In this document: one piece after another, positions 1-11,595 of the stretch
Layout: every line of letters begins with the position of its first letter
Numbering within the stretch: the first letter of the stretch is position 1
Assembly: GCA_964016885.1 (NCBI GenBank)
Contig: OZ024740.1
Coordinates: 393,204,001-393,268,000, forward strand
Source: Eledone cirrhosa
Lineage: Eukaryota
DNA length: 64,000 nt
Reading direction: 5' to 3'
The notes under the pieces: generated by a model
What the model was told of the DNA's origin: nothing
Databases searched by the model: none
What the model saw: only the letters and a program-made list of their open reading frames with translations
Program-made: the position numbers and the translations under genes

Positions 1-224
1 GACATTGCCTTCAAGAGTATTAGCCCATAATGTCAGCCCCAGTATTTTGTCTGGTATCTATTTTATCAATCTCTAAGGAGGAAATAATGCAAATTCAACC
101 TCGGAATAAAGGGCAGAAACAATATGGATTGAATTACAAAGAATTTTCATTTGATGGACAAACACACACAATCATCATCATTATTCTATGACCTTTTTTA
201 TAAGCTTGCATGAGTTGCCTGATG

Positions 225-390
225 GACTTCCTCTCAGTTTCTATTTACCAAATTTCCATCACATGACTTGGGTCAACATGAAGTTGTGGTAGAAGACACC
301 TATTACAAGTGCTGCACTCTGTGGGGATGAAACTCAGGTTCACAGAGCTGCAAAGTGAACTTCTTAACTAAACAACCATGCCTGTACCCA
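225..390 (-). mobile_element. Degraded tRNA-derived SINE (family also at 47880-48003)
   Basis: The reverse complement reads GGCATGGTTGTTTAGTTAAGAAGTTCACTT...GTGTCTTCTACCAC...ATTTGGTAAATAGAAACTGAG, similar to the + strand copy at 47880-48003. Confidence 0.5.
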
Positions 391-1282
391 TTTATTCCTT
401 CCAAATTGCTCTCAAGACAGTTGGATTTCTAAAGTAAAAAAATTACTTTTCAAAAATCTTTGTCACATTATGAAGACATTACAAGTGAGAAGTGTAAATA
501 CTTTCAACCATATTGCAATTGTCTACATAACAGCATACATATTTACTTCAGTATATTTATATATTTAAAACGCGCACACTGAAACATTCCAGTCTTGTAG
601 AAGAGTAGTACTATTGTAACTTAGGCTTATAAACCAAAATATTTGGCAAGTCAAATGAAAAGGTACTTAATATATATATGAGAGTATATTTATTCATCCA
701 AAGATCATGATTTACTCTATCACCAGGTGATAAATAAATCATTTTGTATATTGATCTAAATTACTGTTGTATATCTACTCCTAGTATTTAATATATTGGT
801 TGAGTTGCTTCATGGGTCTAGCAAGGAGCTAGCATTCCTCTTAACTTGCCTGCTTCTATCCACTGATCGTTTGTTATATTTTGAATGCACATGGTGTTCA
901 TTCTCTCCACTTGGCTTTCATGGTAGATGGTTGATATCTTGTATGGTCCATAAGACATGCCTACTGTAGAGAGTTTACATCTTAACTTTGCCATTTATTT
1001 ATCTAATAATGGTTATTGGCATTGTTTCTCCCAGCTCGAAACAGATCTACTTAGGCTCTAAGAATTGTGATTTACCATTCTAATGTAAGTTTAAAATGCT
1101 TACTATCCTTTTTCTTATGCCTTGTTTTATATCTAGGCAAGTAATCAAATATGTTGTCTCAATAATATTATCTTTTATGGGTGCAGTTTGAATTGTTTCA
1201 CAAAAATTTTTCATTGAGCAGCAAGGTCAATATTATTCTGTTCTGATCTAAATTATTGTTTAATATTCCTGCCTGTTTTCTA

Positions 1283-1376
1283 GTCCAGCAGTTGCAAGAA
1301 TGGAAGGGATTGTCCTGATGAGAACCAGTTAAGTTCGAAATGCATCAACGATTGTCCCCCCTTGCTTCTGCTGGAC
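1283..1376 (+). ncRNA. Type I hammerhead ribozyme (minimal palindromic helix III, Penelope/retrozyme-like)
   Basis: CTGATGA at 1315-1321, helix II GAAC/GTTC, GAAA at 1337-1340, palindromic ATGCAT, then C1346 (ATC triplet). Helix I is extended: GTCCAGCAG/CTGCTGGAC, GCAAG/CTTGC, GGGA/TCCC, ATTGT/ACGAT. Confidence 0.65.
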
Positions 1377-1681
1377 ACCACCAGAGGGCGTTAGCCCCAA
1401 TGTTTTCCATAGCTACAGCCTTCTAAATGTTTACCTATAAACATACCATATTTCTTAAGAAATACAATATCTGTATACAGCTATACATGAAGCTAAACCC
1501 TAATTATATATATATATATACTCAATTCATGATTAACAACATGTAAAAGACATATTTGCAGAATTTGTGAATATATGTTGGAAGGCTTTCAGAATTCAGA
1601 TTTAAAAGAGGACAAATGTTTAAGCTTACAACAGTTTCATGTGTTCGCTTGGTAATATTGTTTATTATTATATCAGAGTAA

Positions 1682-1899
1682 AAGACGGTGGATTGGCAGA
1701 GTCGGTAGAGCGTCGGAGAATATGCTTTGCAGCATAGAGTTGCAGTCATTTAAACTCTGAGCTCAAATCCTGCCGAGGTTAGCTTTGCCTTTCAGCCTTA
1801 AGGGGTTGATAAAATAAAGCACCAGTAACATACTGGAGTAAATTTAATTGACTTCCCCTCCCCCCAAAAATTGTTGGCCTTGTGCCTAAATCAGAAACC
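1682..1899 (+). mobile_element. Full-length tRNA-derived SINE with Meta/MESC-like central domain
   Basis: A-box-like TGGCAGAGTCGG, B-box-like GAGCTCAAATCC and core GCCTTTCAGCCTTAAGGGGTTGATAAAATAAAGCACCAG. Flanked by an 18-bp direct repeat ATTATTATATCAGAGTAA (1664-1681 and 1900-1917). Confidence 0.85.
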
Positions 1900-2248
1900 A
1901 TTATTATATCAGAGTAACTGGGAATGATGTATACAAGTCTACTGGCAACAAATCTGAGATATATATACCAGGATTCTACTGAGTGGACACATAGAGACAT
2001 GTACCAGAACAAATTTACCCATTTCAAAATGTTTTCAATTTATCAATTTGCAGATGGCATTACCAAACAACAAAGAATAGATAAGGAGAAATTACTAATA
2101 ATAAATATAATCCATGTTTAAATGTTTAGGTATAAAAAATATCCTGCTAGAACTTCACATACCAACACCCACTATCATCACTTTTTGAAGCAAGAGAGAA
2201 AATATAAAAAGATATATTTGTGGGGTTTTAGATGCTGTGTATTATGAT

Positions 2249-2287
<39 letters not shown>

Positions 2288-2304
2288 CAGTAGTAGTAGT
2301 AGTA
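2249..2304. repeat. (AGT)n microsatellite
   Basis: Directly visible; explains the poly-Ser ORF 2232-2462. Confidence 0.95.
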
Positions 2305-3432
2305 ATTTAGCCACAAGTCAGCCCTATTCAAGCGGAACTATGACCAATGATGATCCAGCAGTGACTAGCCCACTACTTTGTATATTCAGGACTCCAGCTT
2401 TCAATGTGTCCTTCCTTTTTAATATAGCAGTATGTGAACAGAGGAATTTGACTTATTTCTAGCAGGTGGCATAACCACATACATGTTTCTTCATTGATTC
2501 CCTCATAATAGCATGCTTGTGTGTGTACTTTAAAATCTTCAACTGCAACACTGATTTTACTAATTCCTGTTATGTGTTTGTGTGTTTGTGTGTATATGTG
2601 TGTGTATGTGTGCTTGTGTGTGTGTGTGCATACAATTGTGTGTGTGTCAATGCATGTAATTTATGAGTGACTGTGTACACTCACGTGTTATATATGAATA
2701 CTTTAAAGAGTACAATTACACAACTGAGTTTACCCACTTTTGTAATGCACACACACACACACACATACCTATGCATAATCACATTTATATGTGTGTGTGT
2801 GCTTCCACAAGCACACACACACATATAAATGTAAATGTTTGTGTGTTCAGGCGCGTGTTTTAAATTACTACTATTCTAGGTTTTCTACAACTTTTTAGTT
2901 TACCCAACTCCTATTGTATGAGAAATGGGTGAGAGTGGAAGAGACAGATGTAGATCTATGTATGTGGATATGTGTGTGTTTCCACCCCCTTCTTCTCGCT
3001 TGTGGTGTGGGGTGGGCATGAGATTGGTGGTAGTGGTGTTGGTGGTTGTGGTGTTGGTACAGGGTGGGGGTAACCTCTTCCCCCACACACTCCTGTGCCC
3101 AAGCATAGTAATGCTGATAGCAACAATAACAACTCAACAGAGATTAACCTAGCAGGGTAAATACACACGCACGCACATAAGCACACACACACACGCACAC
3201 GCAAACTTAAACACACACAGCTTTGGTGCCTCTGTGTAGAGGCCACTGTAGTTAAGTACACAACACAGTGCCAACATCGTTATCATCTCTTGATTACTGT
3301 CTGGCTACTGTTTCATGCCATAACTATGGAAGGACAAACAGGTTAGAGAGAAAATTGCATTTCAGATATATAAATGAATAAATCACCATCATTTTATCAT
3401 TTTTTACCATTGTTTGTTCCTTGCTTGCATGT

Positions 3433-3434
<2 letters not shown>

Positions 3435-3496
<62 letters not shown>
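3435..3496. repeat. (TA)n microsatellite
   Basis: Directly visible. Confidence 0.95.
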
Positions 3497-3498
<2 letters not shown>

Positions 3499-3764
3499 CA
3501 GATCCCAAGTTGAGTCGGGAGTAACCACAGTAAATAAAGTACTCGATACATGTGTAGAGTGAAGACAGAAGTTTATATTGAAAAGGCTTTACATGACTAG
3601 AACTGTAGAAGAATTTTCTATATATATATATATATAATAATTGTAATCTGAGTTTTTCGAATATTAATAATAACATTCAATTCGTTTGCAATTATGCAAA
3701 CAAGCCTCAATTTTATAGCCATGTCAGTAGAATGAACCCTTCACTCTTGCTCTTGTGTTCGCAT

Positions 3765-3830
3765 GCGAACAGAACTACAGACACTAATGTTTCTGGGCAT
3801 CACCCTTCATCAGTACAGCTCACTGTTCAC
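3765..3830 (-). ncRNA. Type I hammerhead ribozyme
   Basis: Minus strand reads GTGAACAGTGAGCTGTA CTGATGA A-GGG-tgatg-CCC-A GAAA CAT-TA-GTG TC TGTAGTTCTGTTCGC. The core, helix II, helix III with a GTC triplet and helix I (AGCTGTA/TGTAGTT, GAACAG/CTGTTC) are all present. Confidence 0.65.
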
Positions 3831-3886
3831 CTGCCAAACTTTCAGAGCTAGTGAAAATATATGCTATTTTCAAAAATACATAGTGA

Positions 3887-3985
3887 CTGATTGGCCTGAT
3901 TTGCATAATAGCAAACTGGCTGATTAGTCAGATCTGCATATTAGCAGATCAACTGATCAGCCAGATTTGCATATCAGCAGACTGG
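3887..3985. repeat. 3 x 33-bp tandem repeat carrying octamer (ATTTGCAT) motifs
   Basis: Units at 3887-3919, 3920-3952 and 3953-3985; consensus approximately CTGATTAGCCAGATTTGCATATTAGCAGACTGG. Confidence 0.8.
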
Positions 3986-4076
3986 CCAGTCAGTTTCCTG
4001 TATACGAGCGATAAATGGCCGGCTTTGCCAAATTCAAATAAAAAAGAAAATTTCGCTCTACATGGCCGACTACTTC

Positions 4077-4140
<64 letters not shown>

Positions 4141-4148
<8 letters not shown>

Positions 4149-4266
4149 TAAAATAACAGATTAAAGTTTAAGCAAAGAATCGCTGCTTTCACCCTTCTGA
4201 AGATCCCGTTAAGAGTGAAAGCAGCGATTCTTTGCTTAAACTTTAATCTGTTATTTTAATAAATAT
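4141..4266. repeat. Near-perfect fold-back inverted repeat, 56-bp arms, 14-nt loop
   Basis: 4141-4196 is the reverse complement of 4211-4266 with one mismatch. The loop is CTGAAGATCCCGTT. Confidence 0.95.
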
Positions 4267-4369
4267 TTGCTCTACGGTTTTTATATATTTGATATATATT
4301 TATCCTTATCGAGCCCTCTTTGGATTTTAGTCTTCAAATTTATTATTATTACTATATATATATATATAC

Positions 4370-5220
4370 ACTCCTGATTCCTTCAGGGAAGTGGCCCTGC
4401 TAAATATGTAGAAAAGGAGTAGGCATAAACTCCTTATGGTGTACACAGAGTAAATCTTGAGTACACAAGAGATGTAGTGGGATAACGGGTAGACTAACAG
4501 GTAAAGAAGACTTTGTATGTAGATGCACTGGAGTAATCAAGGAGAAGTGTGTCAGTGATATAAACCTCTTCAAGTAACAAAGAGTCCATAGAAGCAGTTG
4601 ATAGCTTCTGTTATTTAGGTGACTTAATTATCGGTGGAGGAGGGTGCTCTGGGAGCATAATAGCTAGAATAAGGATTGGATGGAAGAAGTTCAGAGAACT
4701 TCTTCCACTGATCACCAGAAAAGGTTTCTCCCTACGTACAAAAGAATGACTGTATGATGCCTATGTGCGAAGTGCGATGCTGCATGTTAGTGAAACATGG
4801 GTGGTAATTGCAGAAGACATGCGTAAACTGGAGAGAGATGAAGGAAGCAGCCATGCTTCATTGGATGTGCAATGTAAAGGCAAGAGAAAAGCAGAGCTTG
4901 GATGAACTGAAGAAGAAACTGGGTTTAAGAAGAATCCGAGGTGGTTTGCAGGAGAGAAGACTGCATTGGTATGGACATGTGATATGCATGGATGATGTCC
5001 GATGAGTGAAGAAGTGTCGGTAAATACCAGTGGAAAGAAGTCACAACAGAGGTAGACCAAGAAAGACCTGGACAGCGGTGGTGAGAGCTGATTTCAAATC
5101 GCTGAGACTCAGAGTAGATAATGAAGAAACGTGGCAAGTGGAGAGATGCTGTGCTGAGGAGGACCCGTCCAACCCATGTAAGTATGGAAAAACAGATGTA
5201 AAAATAATGATGATGATGAT
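4370..5220 (+). mobile_element. Older 5'-truncated RTE-clade LINE (PHD-like insert, RT C-terminus, (GAT)n tail)
   Basis: Translates as PSGKWPC*ICRKGVG...VHKRCSG...DSFCYLGDLI..GGGCS...[12 protein letters not shown]...ERRLHWYGHV...RGRPRKTW, with stops and frameshifts. Ends in GATGATGAT with (TA)n on both sides. Confidence 0.85.
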
Positions 5221-5338
5221 ATATATATATATATGCTGTTTACATTTCTCAAACTACTTTACAGGAGGATGGGGACATAAACATTGTCATTGCTAGTGTT
5301 TTTATAAACAGTGTCAATATGATGTATTTTGGCCACTG

Positions 5339-5374
<36 letters not shown>

Positions 5375-5504
5375 TGCTAGCAGGGAAAATGGATGTTAAA
5401 TGATGGTAACAATGATGATGATGATGATGATGATGAAGATATACACTCGATAGGTTTCCCTGAGTCTGCATCAACCAAATCCATTCACAAGATATTAATA
5501 ATGA

Positions 5505-6420
5505 TTAATAATATTAATTATTTCTAGCATAGGCAAAGGATAGAAATTTGGTGGGCAATGTATGTATGGACTCATAAGTTTTGATGGAGTTGTTAAGGCT
5601 TTTAAGTCTGGCAAAGTCCATCCTTTCTCCAGCTCTAAACAACCAATTTTCTCCTGGGAAAAGGAGAGAGAGAATGAGAGATATAGAGGAAGATTCAACC
5701 TTAGTACTTGACTGGTACTTCTTTTATTGACCATGAAAGGGTGAAAGGCAAAGTTGACCGTAGCAGGATTTGAACTCCAGAAAGTGCAGAAAATCAGAAT
5801 GAATACTGCAAAGCATTGCATCTGATGTTCTAATGATTGCCAATTCACTGTTTGAGGGCAATATAAGTTGATTAAATCAGACACAGAAGGATAAAGAGCA
5901 AAGTTGATCTCAGCAGGATTTGCATGTAAGGAGCTAGAACAAATGCTGTAAGACATTTTGTTTGGCAATCTAACAATTCTGCAAATTCAGTGCCTATTCT
6001 AATTATTGCACCAAAATTATTATGTCTAAAATAGGCCATACATTTGAGGAGGAGGAGGAGGAGGAGGAGGAGGAGGAGTTAGTTAATATAATCAACCTCA
6101 GTGCTTGGCTAGCATGTTATTTTATTAACCCTGAAATGATGAAAGTTAAAGTTGACTTTGGTGGGATTTGAACTTAAAATGAAAAAGCTGAAACATATAT
6201 TACAAAGCATTTTATGTGATGCTGTAACAATTCTGCTAATCAAAATAGTAATGATTTTTAACCTCAGTCTATGACTATATATTTTGGAATAAAGGATAAA
6301 GTCAATTATATTGATCATTGTAATTCACAGGTATTTATTAATCAACCTTAGTCAGATTTGAACACAGAACATCAAAGGATGAAACAAAATATCACAAGGC
6401 GAATTGCTCCACTGATTTTA
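5505..6420 (-). mobile_element. Cluster of degraded Meta-like SINE copies
   Basis: Repeated GAAAGGCAAAGTTGACC...GGATTTGAACTC-like motifs near 5740, 5895, 6140 and 6350, the reverse complement of the SINE core. Confidence 0.6.
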
Positions 6421-6795
6421 TCCTAATGAATTTCAAGAACGACAATTTTGAAGTATATTCTTTAATCTAATAAAATTGCATGGATTGAAAATGTGGTTTT
6501 TTTTTTCTGTTAAAATTGTGTTTATAGGCTAGATACTCTTATAGCTGTCAAACACCATGGAAACATGAGACAATGGGGAAGTCTACATTCAAATAGAGGC
6601 TGAATTGCCTAAAAAAGTAGTTAAATCTCCCACATTAAATAACTACATTAGACAATGTAGTTTGTGATATACAAAAATGGTGGGAAGGTCTCAGATGAGA
6701 TGACCCAGGACTTAACATAATCTCCTTTTTTTTTTTTTTGTGAGCCAGATTGTCCAGGACAGATACAATGGCTATAGTAAGATTCAAACTCATGC

Positions 6796-6847
6796 GTAGT
6801 CCAAAGTCATTGTAGTCCAAAGTCATCAGTAGTCCAAAGTCATTGTG
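6796..6847. repeat. Short tandem repeat, ~16-17-bp unit GTAGTCCAAAGTCAT x3
   Basis: Directly visible. Confidence 0.85.
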
Positions 6848-9800
6848 CTTCATCCTTATAGCTAAGTTTAAAATTTTCACTGAACTGATAAAACTGAAGT
6901 GCTTTCATCAACGTAAAATTAACAAGGGAAAAAATATCAGAAAATTCAGTTCCAATTTGAATGGAAATTTAACACACTCAAATATTGTATTTATGTATGT
7001 GTATGTACGTTATATGCACACTCCCATTTGCCTTCTATTCAGCAATGTAAACAACTTCAAATCCTAGTTACTTCTCTCAGCAGTTTTGACTGAGAATGAC
7101 TGCTTTGCTAGATAGGTTACGCACTCCACATCTACCCCATGCAATCATGTCTTCAGAGAGGTAGCCTTCCACATGAGTAGCTTTACCTATCACTTGCAAA
7201 ATCCTCATCCACCTCTTACAGTTTCTATATTTGGAATTATTACTCTCCTAGACAGATTGCCTTTCCTGTGTCTTACAGAGCTCCCATCTGCTTCTATGTA
7301 TAGACACTCTAATGATACAATTATAATTATTAACTAAGTTATAGAAATTAACTAACTATAAGACTTGTTAATTCTCATAGCCACTAGTGGAATAATCTAT
7401 AATGAGGTTAAGATCATTTATAGTGAGGTTATGGGCATGGTGATATTTAGTTCAGTAAATGGCTGCCATTAGAGCAAATCACATGAGGAAAATGGCCTCC
7501 AGGAAAGGGGTGAGCAGGTGGTGTTCAGTGACCTGAGAAGTCTACAGTTAGCTTTCATTGTAGCTGAGAATATAAAATGCTTTTCTCTCAAAATTAAATA
7601 AACTATTTTCTTTTAAACATGGCATTCCCATTCGATCATGGTTAATAATTGTAAAATGAATGAAAGAAAACAAAATTAAAAGGCAGAAACAAAAGAAATA
7701 TTGTGATCTTAGCTTGTTGTCATCATTGTTCAACTTGATAAAAAAATATGAGAGAAGTGACTGGGATTTGAAATTTCCTATATTGATGAAAAATAAGGCT
7801 AAGAACTTGAATTTCAATGTAAATTAAATTATAATTTCAGATTTAAAAAACAATTTCACTTTGAATCCTACTCTGCTTAATTTTGGTGTCTGAACATATG
7901 TCAGCCTTATCAACTATACTCACATACTTTGTAAGTATAGGTATGTATGCTAAAATGTCACTTCATAAGCACCAAACTTACTAGTTTTGCCCATAGGTTA
8001 TTCTCCCCTTATCTGGTATTAAAATAGTCACATGAAGCAGTTTCAGAAAAATACAATCTGCAGATGAGTTTCAATTTCATTTTGAAAATATCTTCAATTA
8101 CTCTGTAAATAGCTTTAGAATAATGGAGAAATGCCACAGCATAACTTTCCATTTTTCTTCACTTTAAATATAATTTATCAAAGTCTTTGGTTTACCATAT
8201 CAAAGCTACGAACACTGTTAAACAGAAAATGGGTAGATCCTGATCTCTTCGATTTTTTTGTCCCTGCACTGCTATAGGAGTTTGTTTTCTTGAGAGAGAA
8301 TAACATTTTCTTTTTATAGTCAGATAGTCAGTGGAGGAGATGTAGGACTAATGGTCTTTTAAAGACCTCATGCAAGTCTGATAAATGCATTTGATGCTCA
8401 GTTTTGACATCTGCAGGTTGACATTTATGTGGACAGGGAAGGATTGAGTGCAGGCTTAGTGTGGAGTCTGATAGATGAGACACAAGAAGAATGATAGAAG
8501 AAATCATGCATGTGATCAGTAGAGTGGGTAAGTAGCTAGTTTATACAGAAGAACTTGGGCTATAGTAGTAACAATAGAAGAGGCAAAGAGAAGAACATAT
8601 GCAAGTGGGTTGATGGCTGTTGATGTTTGGCCTCCAAATTAACTTTAATTGAACAGACTAATGACTAGCACTTCTTTTCCATATTTAGTACTACATTGTT
8701 TAATGTGTCCCTCCATTTGTTTTTTGTTGTTTTTTTTTAGATGGTAGTGTATATTATATGGAAGATTCGGGGGTGCTGAACTCTAGTGATTGAACTTAAG
8801 CTAATCAGTTGAACAAAATCATTTTGTACTCAGTCTAGAATGTTAATGCATATAGCAGTAACAATATTGTATAACAGATACCAGCAGTACTCCAGTGTGG
8901 GAATTATTTGAGATTTATAGTGTTAACAAGTAATCAGGGCTGAACCATTTCCTGGCTTTTAATGTCTTTGTTATGTAGTTTTGGCATAATTATGGAATGG
9001 AGAAATTAATTTCAATTTGAAATTCACACAGTCAGTGTAAGAGTGATGGATATTAATAATGAAGTGGCTAACCTTGGCATATGACATAAAAGTCTTTCAG
9101 TTTGTTGAACATTCTAGGCTTAAAGAATAGTTGAAACAGATCAAGGACGTTATTGTTCTTAATTAATTCTGATAATCTGCACAATTAATTGTCTGTCATA
9201 AAAGCAATCACAAATGATGAAATATTTCAGGAAATTTATTCAACACAGAAGTTCCACTAGAAGATATTGGTTTATGCTGTCACATGGAAGATCCATCTCC
9301 ATCTTCTTACTACTGCAGTTCCTCTCAGCTCTCCTCTTACAACATACCATCATCACCACCACCACCAACCACTATCACCATCCTGCCACTTACCACCCAC
9401 TTATCACCCATCGTTAGTTTTACATCCATTTCCCATAATAATAGATTTGCTGAAGTATATTTGTATGTTTACACACACACACACACACACACAAGCACAC
9501 TTACACATAATCTTTTATCCTTTTAGAGGTTTCAGTCATATGACTCTGCCATAAGGATTAAGTTGATCATATCACAATGAGTAATTTGTCAGGTACTTTA
9601 TTCAACAGGCACACGTTTAGAGGAGAAGGAGTTGAAAATTATATATCATCATCATCACCAGTGTTACACCACTGTCTACAGGGCTAAAACTGTTTCATTT
9701 CTATGAAATCATCAGGAAAGTGGCCACCTCCCAATATCCATTGGGAATTTTTGTTTACTTCCAGCCACTCAGATACTGGAAGTAATTTGCTAGGTTTTTT

Positions 9801-10006
9801 TTAGTAGACAATAATAGCACCATATCCCAAATGTAACAGATTTTGTGATATACACATCAAATGAAATGTGTGTCTTAAAAAACTTGAAAACCATTTATTG
9901 TCATACAAATATTAAAGCTTTAGATAGATTTTTACAATTACACCCATCTCACACTAGCAAGCCTCCTCACTCAGTTAACTAAAAGACAAATAATTTCCAA
10001 CTGTAT

Positions 10007-11595
10007 AAATTCCAAACATGGAAGCATGGCCTAGAATCAAAAGGCCTTAAAGTTAACTTGTCTAAGACTAAAGTTCTAGTTTGTAGGAAGGAAAATAGGG
10101 CACCGGTCCCATCTGGGAAATGGCCATGCTCAGTGTGTAGGAAAGGAGTAGGCAGAAACTCCATTTTATGTCCCAAATGCAAAGTATGGGTGCATAAAAG
10201 ATGTAGTGGGATCACAGGTAAGCTAATTAAGAATATATATTTTATATGTGGCCGATGCTCAGGTGCAATAAGTAGCAGCAAATGCCCACAGAATACTAGC
10301 TCATTCCATTGCACAGATGGTTCTATAGAAATAGTGGACAGCTTCCGTTACCTGGGTGACAAAATCAGCAGTGGGGGAGGGTGCTCTGAAAGTACAGTAG
10401 CTAGAGTCAGAATGGGATGGAAAAAGTTCAGAGAGCTTATACCACTATTGGTCGCTAAAGGGTTCTCTCTAAAAATGAAAGGCAGGCTGTATGATGCCTG
10501 TATCATCATCATCATCGTTTAACGTCCGTGTTCCACGCTTGCATGGGTTTGGACGGGGGTTTTCCCACTTGAGGCAAGAGTGATTGTCTTGCTCGCATAG
10601 GACTGTCTGGCGGGTTTTCTACAGCTGGATGCCCTTCCTAACACCAACCACATTTACGCTTGTATACCAACAGCAATGTTACATGTCATTTAGACCTGGG
10701 CATTGTGTGCAGAGGATATATGCAGACTGGAGAGAAACGAAGCTTGCATGCTCCGCTGGATGTGTAATAGTAATATACGTGAACGGCAAAGCATAAACGA
10801 ACTAAGGGAGAAATTAGGAATAAGAGGGATCAGATGTTGATTACTCGAGAGAAGACTACGTTGGTATGGTCACGTGATGCGCATGAAAGACGACAGCTGT
10901 ATAAAAAAGTGCAGGGCGATAAAAATAGACGGTAGCCACGGAGTAGGCAGACCCAGAAAAACCTGGGACAACTTGATAAATTCCGACCTCACACACTTAC
11001 ACCTCTCCAAGACAATATCACTGGACTGAGATCTTTGGCGCTACACAGTTATACAGAAGACCCGCCTTGCCTAAGTACAAAGCGAAACCTACAGTCAGTA
11101 GGCACCTCTAACAAAATACACCCCCGTCCCACTACGCCCACCCCATCCACACCACCCCGTAAAATGTGAAATTATGTTGGTACCACAGCATCCAGTCCGA
11201 AACAAATGAGGTCGTGTAGGTGTCACAACAAAAAACACACAGTCCATGCTGTAATGTGGCCATGTAGGTAACATGGTAAAAACCTCCCCATACACACTGT
11301 AAACGTGGTTGGTGTTAGGAAGGGCACCCAGCCGTAGAAAACCCGCCAGACGTGTAGGTGTCACGACAATAAAACACACAGTCCACGCTGTAATGTGGCC
11401 ATGTAGGTAACACGGTAAAAACCTCCCAGTCCACACTGTAAACGTGGTTGGTGTTAGGAAGGGCATCCAGCCGTAGAAAACCCGCCAGACAGTCCTGAGC
11501 AAGACAACCAATCTTGCCTCAAGTGGACAATTCCCGTCCAGACCCATGCTAGCATGGAAAATGGACGTTAAACGATGATGATGATGATGATGATG

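Noticed and set aside
700-1260. Possible degraded LINE ORF next to the first hammerhead
   Set aside because: I could not recover diagnostic motifs with confidence, so it is left unassigned.
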